From assembly GCF_009914755.1 (NCBI RefSeq), contig NC_060930.1: a stretch of DNA of 64,000 bases. One strand, given 5' to 3'. Shown one piece after another: positions 1 through 14,769 of this stretch. The translations under genes and the position numbers were made by a program. A model generated the notes under the pieces. The model searched no databases and was not told the origin of the DNA. It saw only the letters and a list, made by a program, of their open reading frames with translations. Each line of letters begins with the position of its first letter. Positions within the stretch are counted from its first letter, which is position 1. The stretch is from the human T2T-CHM13v2.0 reference genome, Homo sapiens.

Positions 1-1547
1 GTCTCCTGAGGTAGTCTGAGAAAAGAAGGGTCCTGTAGTCCAGGAAGTTCTGCATACTCCTTTTGTGAATTCAGGATGTGTTGCCATATTAAGTCTCCAG
101 GATTTGCAGTCAAGAAAGTTAACTTGGTTTAACTGAGCATTTTCTGAAATTACTTGGTTAAGGAAATACGGTTTTTCTTTCTTTTATTCTTGGTACTAGT
201 TCTGAGGATATGTTAAGGGAAATTTTAGGGGATTGTTAAAGATCTGTGGATCCTTGGGTGGAGGCAGGTTTAAACAATAATTGTTTGGGAATCTTAATTT
301 TGAATGAGAGTGCTGGCTCAAGTCAAATCAAAGTACCCCTTGGAAAAAAAAAAGTTATATTATTCCACTTAGGTTGGGCTTCAGGTTTCAATTGAAAGGA
401 AGCAAGAAAACTGTCCTTGTCTGGCTTTCATTAAATAACAATTCAGTCAAATGATTTCAGTAATGAATTTTGTCTAACTCAAATGCATTTGTTATTTAAA
501 TAAAAATTAAGATGTGCTGTTTTTTAAAAATGTAATTCTCTAAATAAAAAAAATTAACATAGAATCCTGCCAGCTTAAACATCAAACTGAAACTTACTTT
601 AAAATAGGTATATACAGAGAAATATGCTCATGTTGTAACTCATGCCTGGTTTACTAAATTTGGGAATGACTGAATTGTGAGGTGAAGAGGAATTAGTAAA
701 TTTTGGAAAGAAAAATACTTATCTTTGTTAGGTCATTTAAACAAACATTAAGATGCAATTTTGTGAGATCTGTCAGTAACACCGGTTGTTTTCTGTGAAC
801 TTAGATTTTAATCTATTAATAGAATATATTATCTCCCCTCATTCAGTTATATCATAAAGTTTTGGTGACCTTTGTAGCCTTTATAAAAGGGAAGTCTAAG
901 GGTGGATAGTAGAATAGCATTTTATTTGGAAGGCCCTAAAGATTTTTGTAAAAAAAAAAAAAACAAAAAACTGTTCTTATTAAAAAAAAAAAAAACCCTG
1001 TAATTCTGCAATTTTAAAGCGGGTGTGGATTTGAGAGATCGTAGACCCATTCTTCATTATATATGTAAATGCTGTTCCTTTACAAAGGATATGAATACAT
1101 TTTATATTTTGGAAACTGCTGGTTTCAGGCATGTTAGATCATTTGGCTCTTGGGACAGAAATATATTTAAGTTACATTATTAACAAGTAAGAGTACCTTT
1201 GGGCCTGATCCCCTCTAAGCAGAATAATGTCATGACTGATAATTGTGTAATGTGGCTACCTTCTGTTGTGAATAGTCTTAATTAATTTAATTCTGTTTTG
1301 TTGCTGGAAGTATCTACCCAGGGTATTTTAAATTCTTCCTCCAAATAAGAATACAATCAAGCATCTAATGCACAGTCATATTATCATTAAATTGATGTTA
1401 AACCAAAGACAAAGGCTCTCCTAGGTAGTGTCCATTAGCATTTTCCAGCAGGGTGAATCTAGGTCTAGGAACAATTCACTGAATATTTGCCTAAGGGTTT
1501 TCACTTTCCATGTTTTACACAATATAAATAATTTAAAATCCCCCCCC

Positions 1548-1796
1548 TTTTTTTTTTTTTAAAGAGATGGGGTTTCACCCTGTCTAGGCTAGAGGGCAGT
1601 GGTGCTATCATAGCTCACTGCATCCTCTAACTCCTGGGCTCAAGCGATCCTCCTGCCTCAGCCTCCAGAGAGGTAGGACTGCAGGGGTGAGCCACCATGC
1701 CTGGATAATTAAAAAAAATTTTTTTTTTGGTAAGAGACAGGGTCTCACGATATTGCCCAGCCTGGTCTTAAACTTAAGGCCTCAAGTGATCCTCCT
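1548..1796 (-). mobile_element. Alu (old, AluJ-like)
   Basis: Poly-T followed by antisense Alu (ctcctgggctcaagcgatcctcctgcctcagcctcc). Confidence 0.85.
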
Positions 1797-1982
1797 GTGT
1801 CAGGTGTCAGCCAGTAATTTAAAATGTTTTGTTAAGAGTAGTCTCTCTCTTTCCCCACTTTGTTATAGATCTGAGTCATTTGCTTTGGAATAATGTGATA
1901 AAAGTCTAAGATAAAGGATTGCTAGACTAATATTTAGACATGTTTGTGTTGATGTTCTGTACAGGTTGTAGTTTTATAGGCT

Positions 1983-2042
1983 AGAATAGACTAAATTTTG
2001 AAGGGTGATTAGTTAAGAATAGACTAAATTTTGAAGGGTGAT
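1983..2042. repeat. 27-bp direct duplication with 6-nt spacer
   Basis: agaatagactaaattttgaagggtgat at 1983-2009 and 2016-2042. Confidence 0.9.
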
Positions 2043-2633
2043 CTGAAAAGACTTTATATTGTTCTTTTGTAAATCTTGAGTAAAAGAAAATAACCAAACA
2101 GGGTAGTGAGTAGAGAGATAAATGAATCCCTTAAGAGAATGATAGTAATAAAGGCAGGTGGAAGTAAGATCAGAGTTAGAAAATCTTAGATTTGTTTTAG
2201 GTTATAGGAAAATTGATTTATTTTACATGTTGGTAAAAGGCACAAGAGGCTTCTTTTTACATTTTACTTTATCAAAGTGAAACTTTTTCATTTGATTTTT
2301 AAATTGGAACACATTAACTGAATGGCATAGGATATATCATAGTGATGTTGTTTAGGTACATGGTAACTGCAGATAGGTCTCAAGTTGACCACATTTGAAT
2401 GTTACATTATTACTTTGTGGATATTTAAAGACAGATGGCTTGAAGCCTGAGAAGGGGGAAGGAGTGAAAGTATAGGAGCAAGTGGTGGTAATTTAAGAAG
2501 ATCCTCAAGTAGAAGTCTGATTTTGTGATTTCAGAGTCTCTTTAATTGTTAATGTTACTATTATTAAATAACAGGTACATATATCCTAACAGTATAAATA
2601 TGAACCAGAAAAATAGTATAAGAATGAACCACA

Positions 2634-2968
<335 letters not shown>

Positions 2969-3615
2969 CTACCTATAAGGTTAAATATTTTGTTATGAAC
3001 TTAAAATGTGTACATACACATTTATATAACTCAACAATTGAAATGAAAGTTTCATGAAATAATACTTGTCTGTACTGCCTGTGATGCAGTATACTATTTT
3101 TCTATTCTGTTTCATTTTTAAAAAGGTTGGTTGTGATTGATAATATTGATTTAGTGGCTTGTGTGCTGTGCAGTCTTAGCAAAACCGATGTCGATTCCTG
3201 CTGTAATTTAGTTTTCAACAAACTTTTTTTTTTAATCCAGCTCTTTGCTGGGTGCTGGGGGGATACAAAGATGGATAAGACATAGTCTAGTGCTCAAGGA
3301 GCCACACAATGGCATGGAGAGTAATGAAAATAGAAGCTGCAATGCTGTAACTGCCCTAACAGAGGCATGCCCAGCCTGAGATGGAAGGGGCCACATCATT
3401 TCCTAGCAGGAAGATGGCAGTTTCTTCTAGGTTCACAGATTACTACTGCATATAATCTGATAATCCCTCTTATGACGGGCTTACCTTGATGGGAAAGTTA
3501 GTTTTTTACCTAGATTTTATAAAAACTAAACAATAATCAAGTTTACTTGAAAATAAGATATTTTTGAACTTTTAGCTTACTGGCCAAGTTTGTTAAAAAA
3601 TAAATATTAATCTTG

Positions 3616-3892
<277 letters not shown>

Positions 3893-5680
3893 TTATATAG
3901 ATAATCTTTAAAAAAATTAAATTTTACAAATGAGTAATATTTTCCTAAATATGTCATAGGAACTAGCTTTAATATTATTATTGGAGAAATACTTCTTTCC
4001 TGACTTTTTCCCCCCTCAGTATTGTGACTTATTAAGAAAGGTAAAGTCAGGTAGAAGTTTAATATAAAAATATATTTGATTATTTGTACAGATGGTAAAT
4101 TAAACTGTAAAATAAACCATTAACTTTTAAATAATGGAATAAAAGATGGGTACTTAATTATCCAACACTTAAAAATGATTTTTTTAAAAAATTGCAACTT
4201 GTGTATATTCTGTATATTGACTTTTTATCTCACAGTGAATTCACAATAATACTGAATCTAGACGTTAATAGATTAGTTGCATATTATCCAAAAAACATAA
4301 AGCATGACATTTCTATAGAATTTAGTTTCTGTAAGTTACGCAATTGTTACAGGTTTTTCCTGTGAAGGATAGGCTGCTACCTCAGGTTGAAGAAGCTAAT
4401 GTTGGAGTGAATGTGGTGGTTGCCTTAGAATGATTTTGCCGGCAGCAGTGAAAAATGTTTTCCTTATAGTTCTTGTGCAGCAGGCCATGGAGTAAAGCAC
4501 ATTTTTATAATAAAGGTGATGAATTTAATCGCAAACTGGCAGCCTAATGGAAATTGCAGACCTTGATACTGGGAGAAAATTGCCTATAAAGCAACTCTTG
4601 AGAGAACAGGCTTTAAATTTATCCACCCATTTTGACATTGAGGAGAACATTGGAATCATAGGGTATTTTGCTTGGCCTGCTTAGTTCAGATGAATGACAC
4701 TTGAGTATTCTATTTAAGTGTTAGAGATGGTTTAAAGTTAAGTTTTATACATTAAAGCCTTTAGCACATGCATTTTTGTATTTTATAAAGTATTTAAAAT
4801 TTTGCTGGTTTTTAACATTTTAGTAGATGATATGCCTAATGAAATCCATTTGCCACGTTTCTAGTCATATGCCGTGTATTTCATGTTTCTGCTGTATATA
4901 TGAGGAACTGCAATCTTAAAGGATATAGAATATTGTGGGCTTATAATTAACACTACTGACAGAATGTTTGTCATATAAATGATCAGTCTTTACTATTTTC
5001 TATTGTATTTAAGCCATTTATATTATAATATTTAAACACAGAATGGTAGAAAATTTCTATTACAGGAAAATCTGGGTTTTTGTCATTTTTTACTCTAAGT
5101 GACTAATGTTTGTAATTTCTTAGGAATAACCAAACCCTTGATTCAGTACACACTATTTAAAGTGTTTAATCCAGAATTTAGGTGCATTGTAGTGTGTATT
5201 TTGAGATGCCTGTTCTGTCCCGCAGTATACATGCTTGTTAACAGATAGCTAATGTCCAAGTTCAGAGAATTATTTGTGGCTATTGGAAACATTTACCCAT
5301 CCAAGCAAGGTAAATGTTTAAAATGTAGAAATGCTGATGTAAAATATAAAAATAACATTTCTCATTATACTTATTGAAACTACTGGGGTTTAAAGGTAAA
5401 GAAGTGTTAACTTCTAGAAGGTTATTCGATTTTGCTTCCATACACAACCCTGATTCTTTTGACTGTAGTTTTGGGCAGCATGGTACATTACATAATAAGG
5501 GTATAGCTGTGGTAGATCTTTGTTCTCTTTAGGTATAGAATTGGAGAAGTTTAAGTTTAAAGCAAGTATGAGAGCTTAATATTTTGATGGAGAAAGCAAG
5601 AAAAACGTTTTACAAATTCTCTATTCAGGGAACAACTTACTGAGGTGGTCATGAGACTGAAGGTATGAAAAGGAAGAAAT

Positions 5681-5963
5681 GGCAAGGTGCGGTGGCTCAC
5701 ACCTGTAATCCCAGCACTTTGGGAGGCCGAGGTGGGCTGATCACTTGAGGCCAGGAGTTCAAGACCAGCCAGGCCAACATGGTGAAACTCCATCTCTACT
5801 AAAACTACAAAAATTAGCTGGGCGTGGTGGTGTGTGCCTGTAGCAGGAGAATCTTTTGAACCTGGGAGGCCGAGGTTGCAGTGAGCCAAGATCACTCCAT
5901 TGCTTTCAAGCCTGGGCGACAGAGCGAGACTCCGTCTCAAAAAAAAAAAAAAAAAAAAAAAAA
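5681..5963 (+). mobile_element. AluS with internal right-arm deletion
   Basis: Alu consensus, but gcctgta joins directly to gcaggagaat; long A tail. Confidence 0.92.
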
Positions 5964-7531
5964 GGGAAGAAGAAATAGAAGTATTCCTTTTCTTGCTAAA
6001 GCAAGAACCAGTAAATTGTATATTTTTCATTGAAAGTAGTTCCATCTAAATTAAGAGCCTGACTTTTTGGAGAATGATTACATTCATAGGAGAAGAGCAT
6101 GTAATGTTGGAGATACATTTGAATGTTTAGCCATCTCTCAATTTCCATGGAGAGGAGAGTTCAAAATAAATCAACTCTTTAATTCCCTTATCGGTGACAT
6201 AGATACTTGGTCATTTGTTTTATTTGGCTGAAGGAAGCTGTGGCAAGTTGAGAATTCAGAGGTAAAGCCTTTGTGAGAGAGATGATGTAGTTTAATTATT
6301 TTAACTCTAGTTCTCCTGATCCAGGAAAGCTTTATTTTTACTTTCAGATGAAAACTAAAATTTGTTGCAATTTAACGTGTAACACGAAGCTAGAATAAGG
6401 TATATACATAAGCTATATATGTATATAATTTAAATGATACAAGTGATGTATGTATACATATAGTACTTATGTTAAAATTTTACTGTTTTTCTGTAACAGG
6501 CTATAAATTTAGTGTATCGATTATCAAAGTATAATTAGCTGAATATAATTATTTGTTTATGAGATGATACTAAATTCAGTTCCCATAGATACTGGTGGTG
6601 ATTTACTTTTTAAAAAGAGTTTTTCTTGTTATGTGCTTAAATCCACACCCGAAATGTAGCCATAATTTAGTTCAAGATTGTTTATGCCACAGTCTGGAAA
6701 ACACCTGAAGTAATTGAGATTTTTGAGTGGTTGTGAATGGATTTTAGAATCATGTGTTGAACAGTGACATCACTAAATTAGCCATAGTAATGTTACTGTT
6801 TCACATTGAGGGTTTCAGGTGTGATGCTTTTCAGTTTTTTGTTTTTGTTTAGATAACTATTTTAGGGTTTGAGTTATAGTTATGCAAATTTACATTACGG
6901 TAATGCAAATATACCTTCCAAACTTGTGTCAATATGTATTAGACGCTAAAATGCCCTCCCCTCCCATCTCTGTTTCCCTCAAATTATTCATTTGTGGTTA
7001 AACTAATTTTAAACTCCGGAAAAGTGGTTAAGCCAAAAAAGGTCAGATCCTGGAAGAAAAAGCTCTGACCTTTTAAAAAGAGTGTTGGAAAAGTATTTGA
7101 CGGTCATTTTCATAAGCTAAATGTACTGTGAGGTTTGTGTTTGAGTAGCTTTTAAGGTTTTCTGGATTATGTGGTTGAATTTTAAGGAGGAACTTAGTAA
7201 AAATGAGTTGGGAAAATTAACCTGTTACATTCTACCTTCCTTTTGCTATGTATAGTAGATCTACATGTGAGAAGTCATTTGCAAACAGCATTTGTTAGGT
7301 GTCTTTTCTAAGTATTTTTTATGCCTACAAAGTCTGGGAAAAGACCATTTTCAGATTTCAGATAATATTTCAGATAAATAATGATCAGATCAGTAGATAC
7401 TGTCTTTCAGATCTATCAGAACACAGTATTTCCAGAATATAATTTTACATCACAGTCATCATTTATAATGACATTGATGACCAGTACTATTATTATTTTA
7501 AAGAGAAAGATATATATACACATACACATAA

Positions 7532-8295
7532 AGTCATGCATTGCTTAAAGACAGTGATAGATTCTGATAAATGCATCATTATGCTATTTCCTTTTGCGAA
7601 CATCATAGGGTGTACTTGCATAAATCTAGATGGTATAGCCTACTACACACCTCAGCTGTATGGTATAGCCTTTTTTGTTCCTAGGCTGCAAACCTGTACA
7701 GCATGCTACTGTACTGAATACTGTAGGCAGTTATAACACAATGGTATTTGTGTAAACGTAGAAACATTCTAAACATAGAAAAGGTACAGTAAAAATGTGG
7801 TATAAAAGATAAAAAATGGTATACCTGTATAAAGCACTTACCATAAATGGGGCTTGCAGGACTGGAAGTTGCTCTCGGTGAGTCAGTGAGTGAGTGGTGA
7901 GTGAATGTGTGAAAGTCCTAGGATACTACTGTGGATTTAATAAACATTGTATTCTTAGGCTGCCCTGAATTTATAAAAGATATTTTTCTTAAGTAATAAA
8001 TTAACCTTAACATACTATAACTTTATAAACTTCTAAATTTTTTAAACCTTTGACTACAATTACAGTTTAAAATACAAATACATTATACAGCTGTACAGAA
8101 ATATTTTCTTTATATCCTTATTCTATAAGCTCTTTTCTGTTTTCGAACTTTTCTATTTAATTTTTACTTCTGAGTCCTTTTTGTTGAAGACAAACACACA
8201 CATTAACCTAGGCCTGCACAGGGTCCAGATCATCAGTTTCATCTTCTTTCACCTCCACAGCTTGGCCCACTGCCAGGTCTTCATGGGCAAGGGCT
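7532..8295 (+). mobile_element. Tigger3/GOLEM-type TcMar DNA transposon fragment
   Basis: agtcatgcattgcttaa...ctagatggtatagcctactacacacct...ggactggaagttgctctcggtgagtcagtgagtgagtgg resembles the Tigger3 consensus. Confidence 0.8.
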
Positions 8296-8465
8296 GTATG
8301 GCTTACCAGTGTGTCTCCAGCACAGTGTCTGATACCACAGAAAGATAGGAACTACTGCATTAATAATAGCAGATTCTTGAGCATGTATTACATGACAGAC
8401 ACCTACAAATATTTGTTGTTCAAGCGAAAGAATTTATTCTATCAAACTCAGAATTTTCGCTCTAG

Positions 8466-9099
<634 letters not shown>

Positions 9100-9414
9100 T
9101 AGAATAATCTTAGAAGTCCTCATGGATGAGTAAATATGGATGGTGAAAAGCTTAAATGAGAATGTCTTGTCTGATTTTCATTCCACTTTTAATTTGAATA
9201 TACCATTTCCTTTCCCCCCTCATTGTATATGTCTCTACTTTTTTGTTCTTTACTTTATTCATAGTTCTAATTTCTACTCACTGCCCCATCTTTTCCTTCT
9301 TCTCTATCTAGCTCTTACCATCTGTCATCACTGCTTTTCCCACTATCATGATCACTCACTCTAGCAGCAACCAAATTTAACTTTGGGGATGGAGCAGTAG
9401 TGCTGGAGAGGCCA

Positions 9415-9560
9415 AATGGTATGAGTAAAAGAATACAGCTTTTGGAGTCAGCTAGATTTTCATCTTTATGTGGTCTTTGGTGAAAGTACTTAATCCCCAA
9501 ATCTCTCTTTCCTAACTATGAAATGAAGGTGAAAATATTACTTACCTGTAAGGGAATCTA
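9415..9560 (+). mobile_element. MIR (degenerate)
   Basis: gcttttggagtcag...aagtacttaat...ctatgaaatg core similarity. Confidence 0.6.
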
Positions 9561-10639
9561 CCTGATAATAATGGAATAAAATGCTGACTTCCACCACAGA
9601 GTTCTTGGGGAGGCTTTTTATGTGGAAAGACATTAGACTTCATTACTCTGAATTCTGGATTTGTATCTCCTAGCCATATAGACTGAATGACTGTAGAATC
9701 CAACATAATGCTTTTAATATTGGCATAACTTCCTTAGTTTAAGTTATATGATGAGATGTAGAAACTCAATAAAAGGTAAAATTATTCTTTGTGTTATGAA
9801 GTATGTTTAGAGGTTTCTTTTAAGAGGTCTTATTTTGCTACTCTGCTTCAACTATAGTTTTTGTTCATTTAGTTTGTTATAGAACTGGGACCATGTCTGT
9901 ATTTGCACATGACTATATTCCTAGGGCCTTGGCCAGTGCCTGGTACAGAGTAGGTGTAAAATACATAGTTGTTGAATGCATATACGAAAAAAATCATTAT
10001 ATTGTATCATTGGTAAGACAGTTTTTTTTTTTTAAAACAGGTTATACTTTATTCAGGTCAGTTCAATTTTGTAAAGTTTTTACTTTTAGGAAATTAAAAA
10101 GCTTTTATTTTATTATGTTCTGAATATATTTTTACTAAATATACTTTGAGTACAGGGTTAATTAGGACTGTGCAGGCTATGAATATAGGGTTTATGATAA
10201 AGCTCAGTAGGAGTGGATGATTGCAGTCCTTTTGTGCAATCCTGGCAGGAGCAGCCTTTTCCTTATTGGCTCGGTTTTTTTCTTAAAGCCAAGACTAAGC
10301 ACATATTTAGATGCCTGTATATTTTATTTTCTCATCTGATGTAAGATACACTGGAAGAATTTAGCATTGATGTAATGAACATATGTTATTAGCAAAGTGT
10401 TCTAAACTTCTCAAGTCCAGAATAAAGAGACCAAGCCATTTGCAGAAGAGCACTGTGCATTTATATTACTTTAAAGGGAAGAGGAGTAAGCTAGCTAGAA
10501 TTGTCAAGCAGATGCCATATTGATGCTTGAGTGAAGTTACAAGAAATATTTTTGGAGCTTTGCGTGTTTTTGTGCTAATAGTCCTAATATTTGTTCAAAA
10601 GGTGTTTTTTCTCCAAGGATGTAGATGTTACAAATATAG

Positions 10640-11900
10640 CAAAAGGCAAAAACAAAGCTATCTGCCCTCTCAGCTAACATTCTAATGTCAACAGGCAATA
10701 ATCAATAAACAAGTACAGTAATGTATTAGGAAATATGAATTATAGAAATAAAATTGAAGGGTAAAGGGGATCTGGAGTGTTCCTATGGATTGAGGCAAGT
10801 TGCTGTTTAAAAATAGGAAGATCAAGGTTGGACTCCTTGAAAAACTGGAGCAGAAATCTGAAGGAGGTGTTAGTGTGAGCCATACTGCTCTTTGGGGAAA
10901 AGCTTTCCAAGGCAGGGAAAGAGTTACTGCAAAACCTTGAGGGCAGGGCTAGCAATTCCTTGTGTGGACTTGTAGCCAGGGACGGAGGTTAGGTTGGTTA
11001 AGGACATTTGATCAGAAGGGCAAAAAAGGTGAGGGCAAGGGGAGCCTGTGTGGATGCTGTAGGCTATTGTTTATCTTTGTAAGGACCTGGGCTTTTATAC
11101 CAACTGAGATGGGAAATCATTAGAGCAGTGGTTCTGGGCATCCTTTTAGGGAATCTGTGAAATCAGACTATCTTTGTGATAATAAGATGTTATTTGCCAT
11201 TTTCACCACCATTTACATACGAATGTACAGTGGAGTTTTCCAGAGGCTGCGTGCTATGTGATATTGCAACAGATTGAATTCAAGAGAAGAGAGAATCTAG
11301 CTGTCTTTATTAAAACAGACATTTAAAAGATTGCAAAAGTATAAAACTGACCTTTTCAGTAATTTGTTTAGTTGGAAAATAGGTTATTTTCTGTAAAATG
11401 TGCATTTTTGGTTAATATATAATAAGTTTACTAGTATTTTAAAATGAAAAAATAATTTAAACATTTTTAGTTTTAATTTCTAGCGTGGTAAGTTTTATTA
11501 GACATAACTTTCATGAACAGGGATCTCTTTGGGCTCCTCCAATTAATTTTTAGAGAGTGGAGTCCTGAAACCAAAAAGTTTGAACAGAGGAGTGACATCT
11601 CACTTGGATTTCAGCAGGCTAACTCCAAAGAATAAAGAATAGACTGACCAAGGTAGTGGTGGAAGCAGGTAGACCGGTTAGGTTAAGATTAGGTAGGAAA
11701 TGATTGTGGTTAGAGCTGTAATGTTAGGGCTTGTGATGGTGAAGTGAAATTGGGGATATAGTCTGAAAGTTGAGTACACAGTATTTGCTAGTGGATGGAA
11801 TATGAAGTGTGAGAATGGACTTGACATTGTGTCATTGCCCGAGATCAGGAGGAACAAATTTTGGGGAAGGCTTAGGAGTTTAGTCTTGAATGTATCAGAT
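10640..11900 (-). mobile_element. L2 fragment interrupted by a hAT element
   Basis: Purine-rich antisense L2-like text (tgtaaggacctgggctttta...gggaaatcattagag) that resumes after 11585. Confidence 0.55.
11125..11585 (+). mobile_element. hAT-Charlie (Charlie1-like) DNA transposon remnant
   Basis: cagtggttct start, gtacagtggagttttccagaggct...gcaacagattgaa, ending gtcctgaaaccaaaaagtttgaac. Confidence 0.7.
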
Positions 11901-12438
11901 AGGTTGAGAAGGGAGTTGGTGATAGGATTTCATTGTGGAGGGTTGGTCTGGAATGTCCATTACCAGGGTTTTTGTTGGATTGTATTAGTAATATATATTT
12001 TTTAAATATAGTATTTAGCTTCTAATCAGTTATACTTTTACAATCTCAACACAGAGGGCTGTATTCTGCATTGAAAAACTGATTAAATTTGCTTTCCAAG
12101 TATGTTATTATATGATAGAATGTACACTTGAAGAGGCAGTAAAAAAGTAATAAATGTAGATTTGCCAGTAGCATGACATGACTTAGATTTTCTGAATCTT
12201 TGTGAAGTAAACCAACTGTGGTTTAATTAAAGGAGATCATATTGCTTACCATATTAAAATAATGTTTTCAATACCAATTACTTTGACATTTGAAGGCACT
12301 GTGTAATATGTTGGTCTTGTTACAGACCAAGATATTTTTGCTGAATTTTATTTTTCGAATTCAATGTCAGTGCTTGTTGTAGTTCCTTTTGGAATATTGT
12401 GTATAGTAGATTGTTTCTTAAGCCTTTAAAAAACTCTT

Positions 12439-12735
12439 CACCGGGTACGGTGGCTCACGCCTGTAATCCCAGCACTTTGGGAGGCCAAGGCGGGTGGATT
12501 ACGAGGTCAGGAGTTCAAAACCAGCCTGGCCAAGATGGTGAAATGCTGTCTCTGCTAAAAATACAAAAATTAGTCGGTGTGGTGGCGGGTGCCTGTATTC
12601 CCAGCTACTTGGGAGACTGAGGCAGATAATGGCTTGAATCCGGGAGGCAGAGGTTGCAGTGAGCCAAGATTGCGCCACTACATTCCAGCCTGGGCGAGAC
12701 TCCGTCTCAAAACAATAACAACAACAACAACAACA
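12439..12735 (+). mobile_element. AluS with (ACA)n tail
   Basis: Alu consensus; tail turned into an aca microsatellite. Confidence 0.93.
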
Positions 12736-13399
12736 ACTCCTCTTGGCTTTTTCATAATATGAGAGAATTCTCTTGCAACACCTGTGAATGTCTTTTGACA
12801 TGTATTTTCTTTCCTAAAAATGTCATGAAGTGACAGACATGTATTTGCTTTGTTTATGGTATTAAGGTGATACTGAGGTAAACCTATGCTACATGATTAT
12901 AAACCTTAGGTTCTTTCTGTATTGTACTTAGGTGAAATTTTGAATACAATCGAAAAGGTTAATTAAAAATCAAATAAATTATTACCTAGGAAAAAGCAAT
13001 TTACCCCTACCTCCTACACAGACGTAACTCCTTCAGAATTTTTGGGGCATCGGTTTCATTTTCAGTCTGATTTACCAAATTCCTTTTAAAGCCCTAAGGG
13101 ATTTGGAGCTTCAAGAGGGCGAAATACATAGGTACAGACCTTTCCCCACTTCTTCAAGAGCAAGTGTAGAGGAATCTAATTACATGAGGATTTGGTGTTT
13201 TCCGAGGATGTAATTTAAAGTAAATTCTGGTGGCCAGTAGTAGTTTAAGACATTTTAGAATATATAGTTCTGGCAGGAGTAGGATAGTCTGGCCTGGAGT
13301 TCTCAACCAGTCATTGAGTATATACAGCCCTTGCCTGTAGGGGGTCAGTACAGAAGGAGCACAAAATGGAATTCTCTGTAAGAAGACAAAGAGATGCAT

Positions 13400-13580
13400 T
13401 TTAGGGCAGATGGAAGCCATAAATGTGATGTGGTCTAATGTGCTCATTTCGCAGATGAAGAAAATGAGACCCAGAAGGTTCAGTTTGAAGGCACACAGCT
13501 CAGCTAAATCATGCTGGCGAAACAGGAGTAAAATCCAGGTTGTGTAAACTCAAGGCCAGTGCTTTTTGCCTTACCACATG
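13400..13580 (-). mobile_element. MIR
   Basis: ctcatttcgcagatgaagaaaatgagacccagaag...cacacagc. Confidence 0.6.
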
Positions 13581-14061
13581 TATTAGGAAGATAGGCTTTT
13601 TATAGAAAGGTCATTGTTTTGGATTGTAATCTTTCTCCACCTTCTTTAAGGAAAGTTCAAAGTGTGTGTGTTTTCTTTTAAAGCAGTATATTAAAGAAAA
13701 TCTAATTAAAACGTATAGATAAAATTTACAAAGCTTTTGCAGGGAAAGTCATCTGTAGTTGAGGTTAACATTAGATCTTTTATCTGTGGATATTTATTTT
13801 GGAGAAGAGTAACGAATATATTAAGCACTTATATTTAACATATATTTTGGATGATTAGTAATGATTGCTTATTTGAAGAAAGCAAATATGTATAATTAAA
13901 ATTTTAACAACATTATTTAAACTGTAGAAGATACCATTTTGAGTGATTTTTTTCCCTCAGTTTTCTTTATCTTTTTTCACAGCTTTCATACTTTGTCACA
14001 TTATTTCCCCCCTTCCCTCATTAGAATAAATAACCCCAAAGTCCAAAGCAAACACTTTTTA

Positions 14062-14265
14062 ATTATTATTATTATTATTTTTGAGACAGGGTCCTGCTCT
14101 GTCACCCAGGCGAGTGCAGCGGAGTGATCATGGACCACTGCAGCCTCTACTTCCTGGGCTCAAGCGATCTTTCCACCTCAGTCTTGAGTAGCTGGGACTA
14201 CAGGCACACCACCACACCTGGCTAATTTTTGTGGAGATGGGATTTGCCATGTTGCCCAGGCTCAC
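14062..14265 (-). mobile_element. AluJ/FRAM fragment
   Basis: (TTA)n tail plus antisense old Alu arm. Confidence 0.8.
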
Positions 14266-14444
14266 TTTTTAAATTGTAATTCTTTATTTTGAAATAAATT
14301 TAGATTTACATAACAGTGGAAAAAAATAATGTGGATGTTAACTCATATAATCATAGTATAGTTATGGGAAGCAGGAAATGAGTATTGATACAGTGCTATC
14401 ACTAATCTGCAAATCTTACTCAAATTTTACCTGTTTTCCTCCTC

Positions 14445-14533
14445 ACTCTGTTGGTTTTTCTGGTCCAGGTTTTCCTACTCTGTTGGTTTTTCTGGTCCAG
14501 GTTTTCCTACTCTGTTGGTTTTTCTGGTCCAGG
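14445..14533. repeat. 32-bp minisatellite, about 2.8 perfect copies
   Basis: actctgttggtttttctggtccaggttttcct starting at 14445, 14477 and 14509. Confidence 0.95.
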
Positions 14534-14769
14534 ATTCCACATTGTATTTAGTAGTGATGTCTGTTTCGTTTCCTCCAATCTGTGGCCATTTCACATTCTT
14601 TCATGACCTTGACACTTTTGAAGAATGCTAGTTATTTTATAAAAATGTTCTTGAATTTGGGTTTGTTTGATGTGTTCTCATGATTATAATGAGGACCATT
14701 TTTGGCAAAACAATCACACACAAGCGCTGTTGTGCCCATCTCAGTGGATCATGCTGTGGAGTATATGTC

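Noticed and set aside
1186-1201. 16-mer agtaagagtacctttg repeated near 23047
   Set aside because: One such match is roughly what chance gives in 64 kb of AT-rich DNA, and the flanks are not homologous.
5557-6045. Longest ORF in the track (162 aa) and the similar ORFs at 2694, 8535, 8822, 19273, 21855, 46234 and 48531
   Set aside because: Alu-derived reading frames with the usual Alu pseudo-peptides; not genes.
6348-6399. 52-nt cryptic exon (tttcag|ATG...AAG|gtatat)
   Set aside because: The donor is weak, and such pseudo-exons are common in long introns.
14445-14533. Repeat array resembling CRISPR
   Set aside because: Head-to-tail units without unique spacers, in a primate intron.
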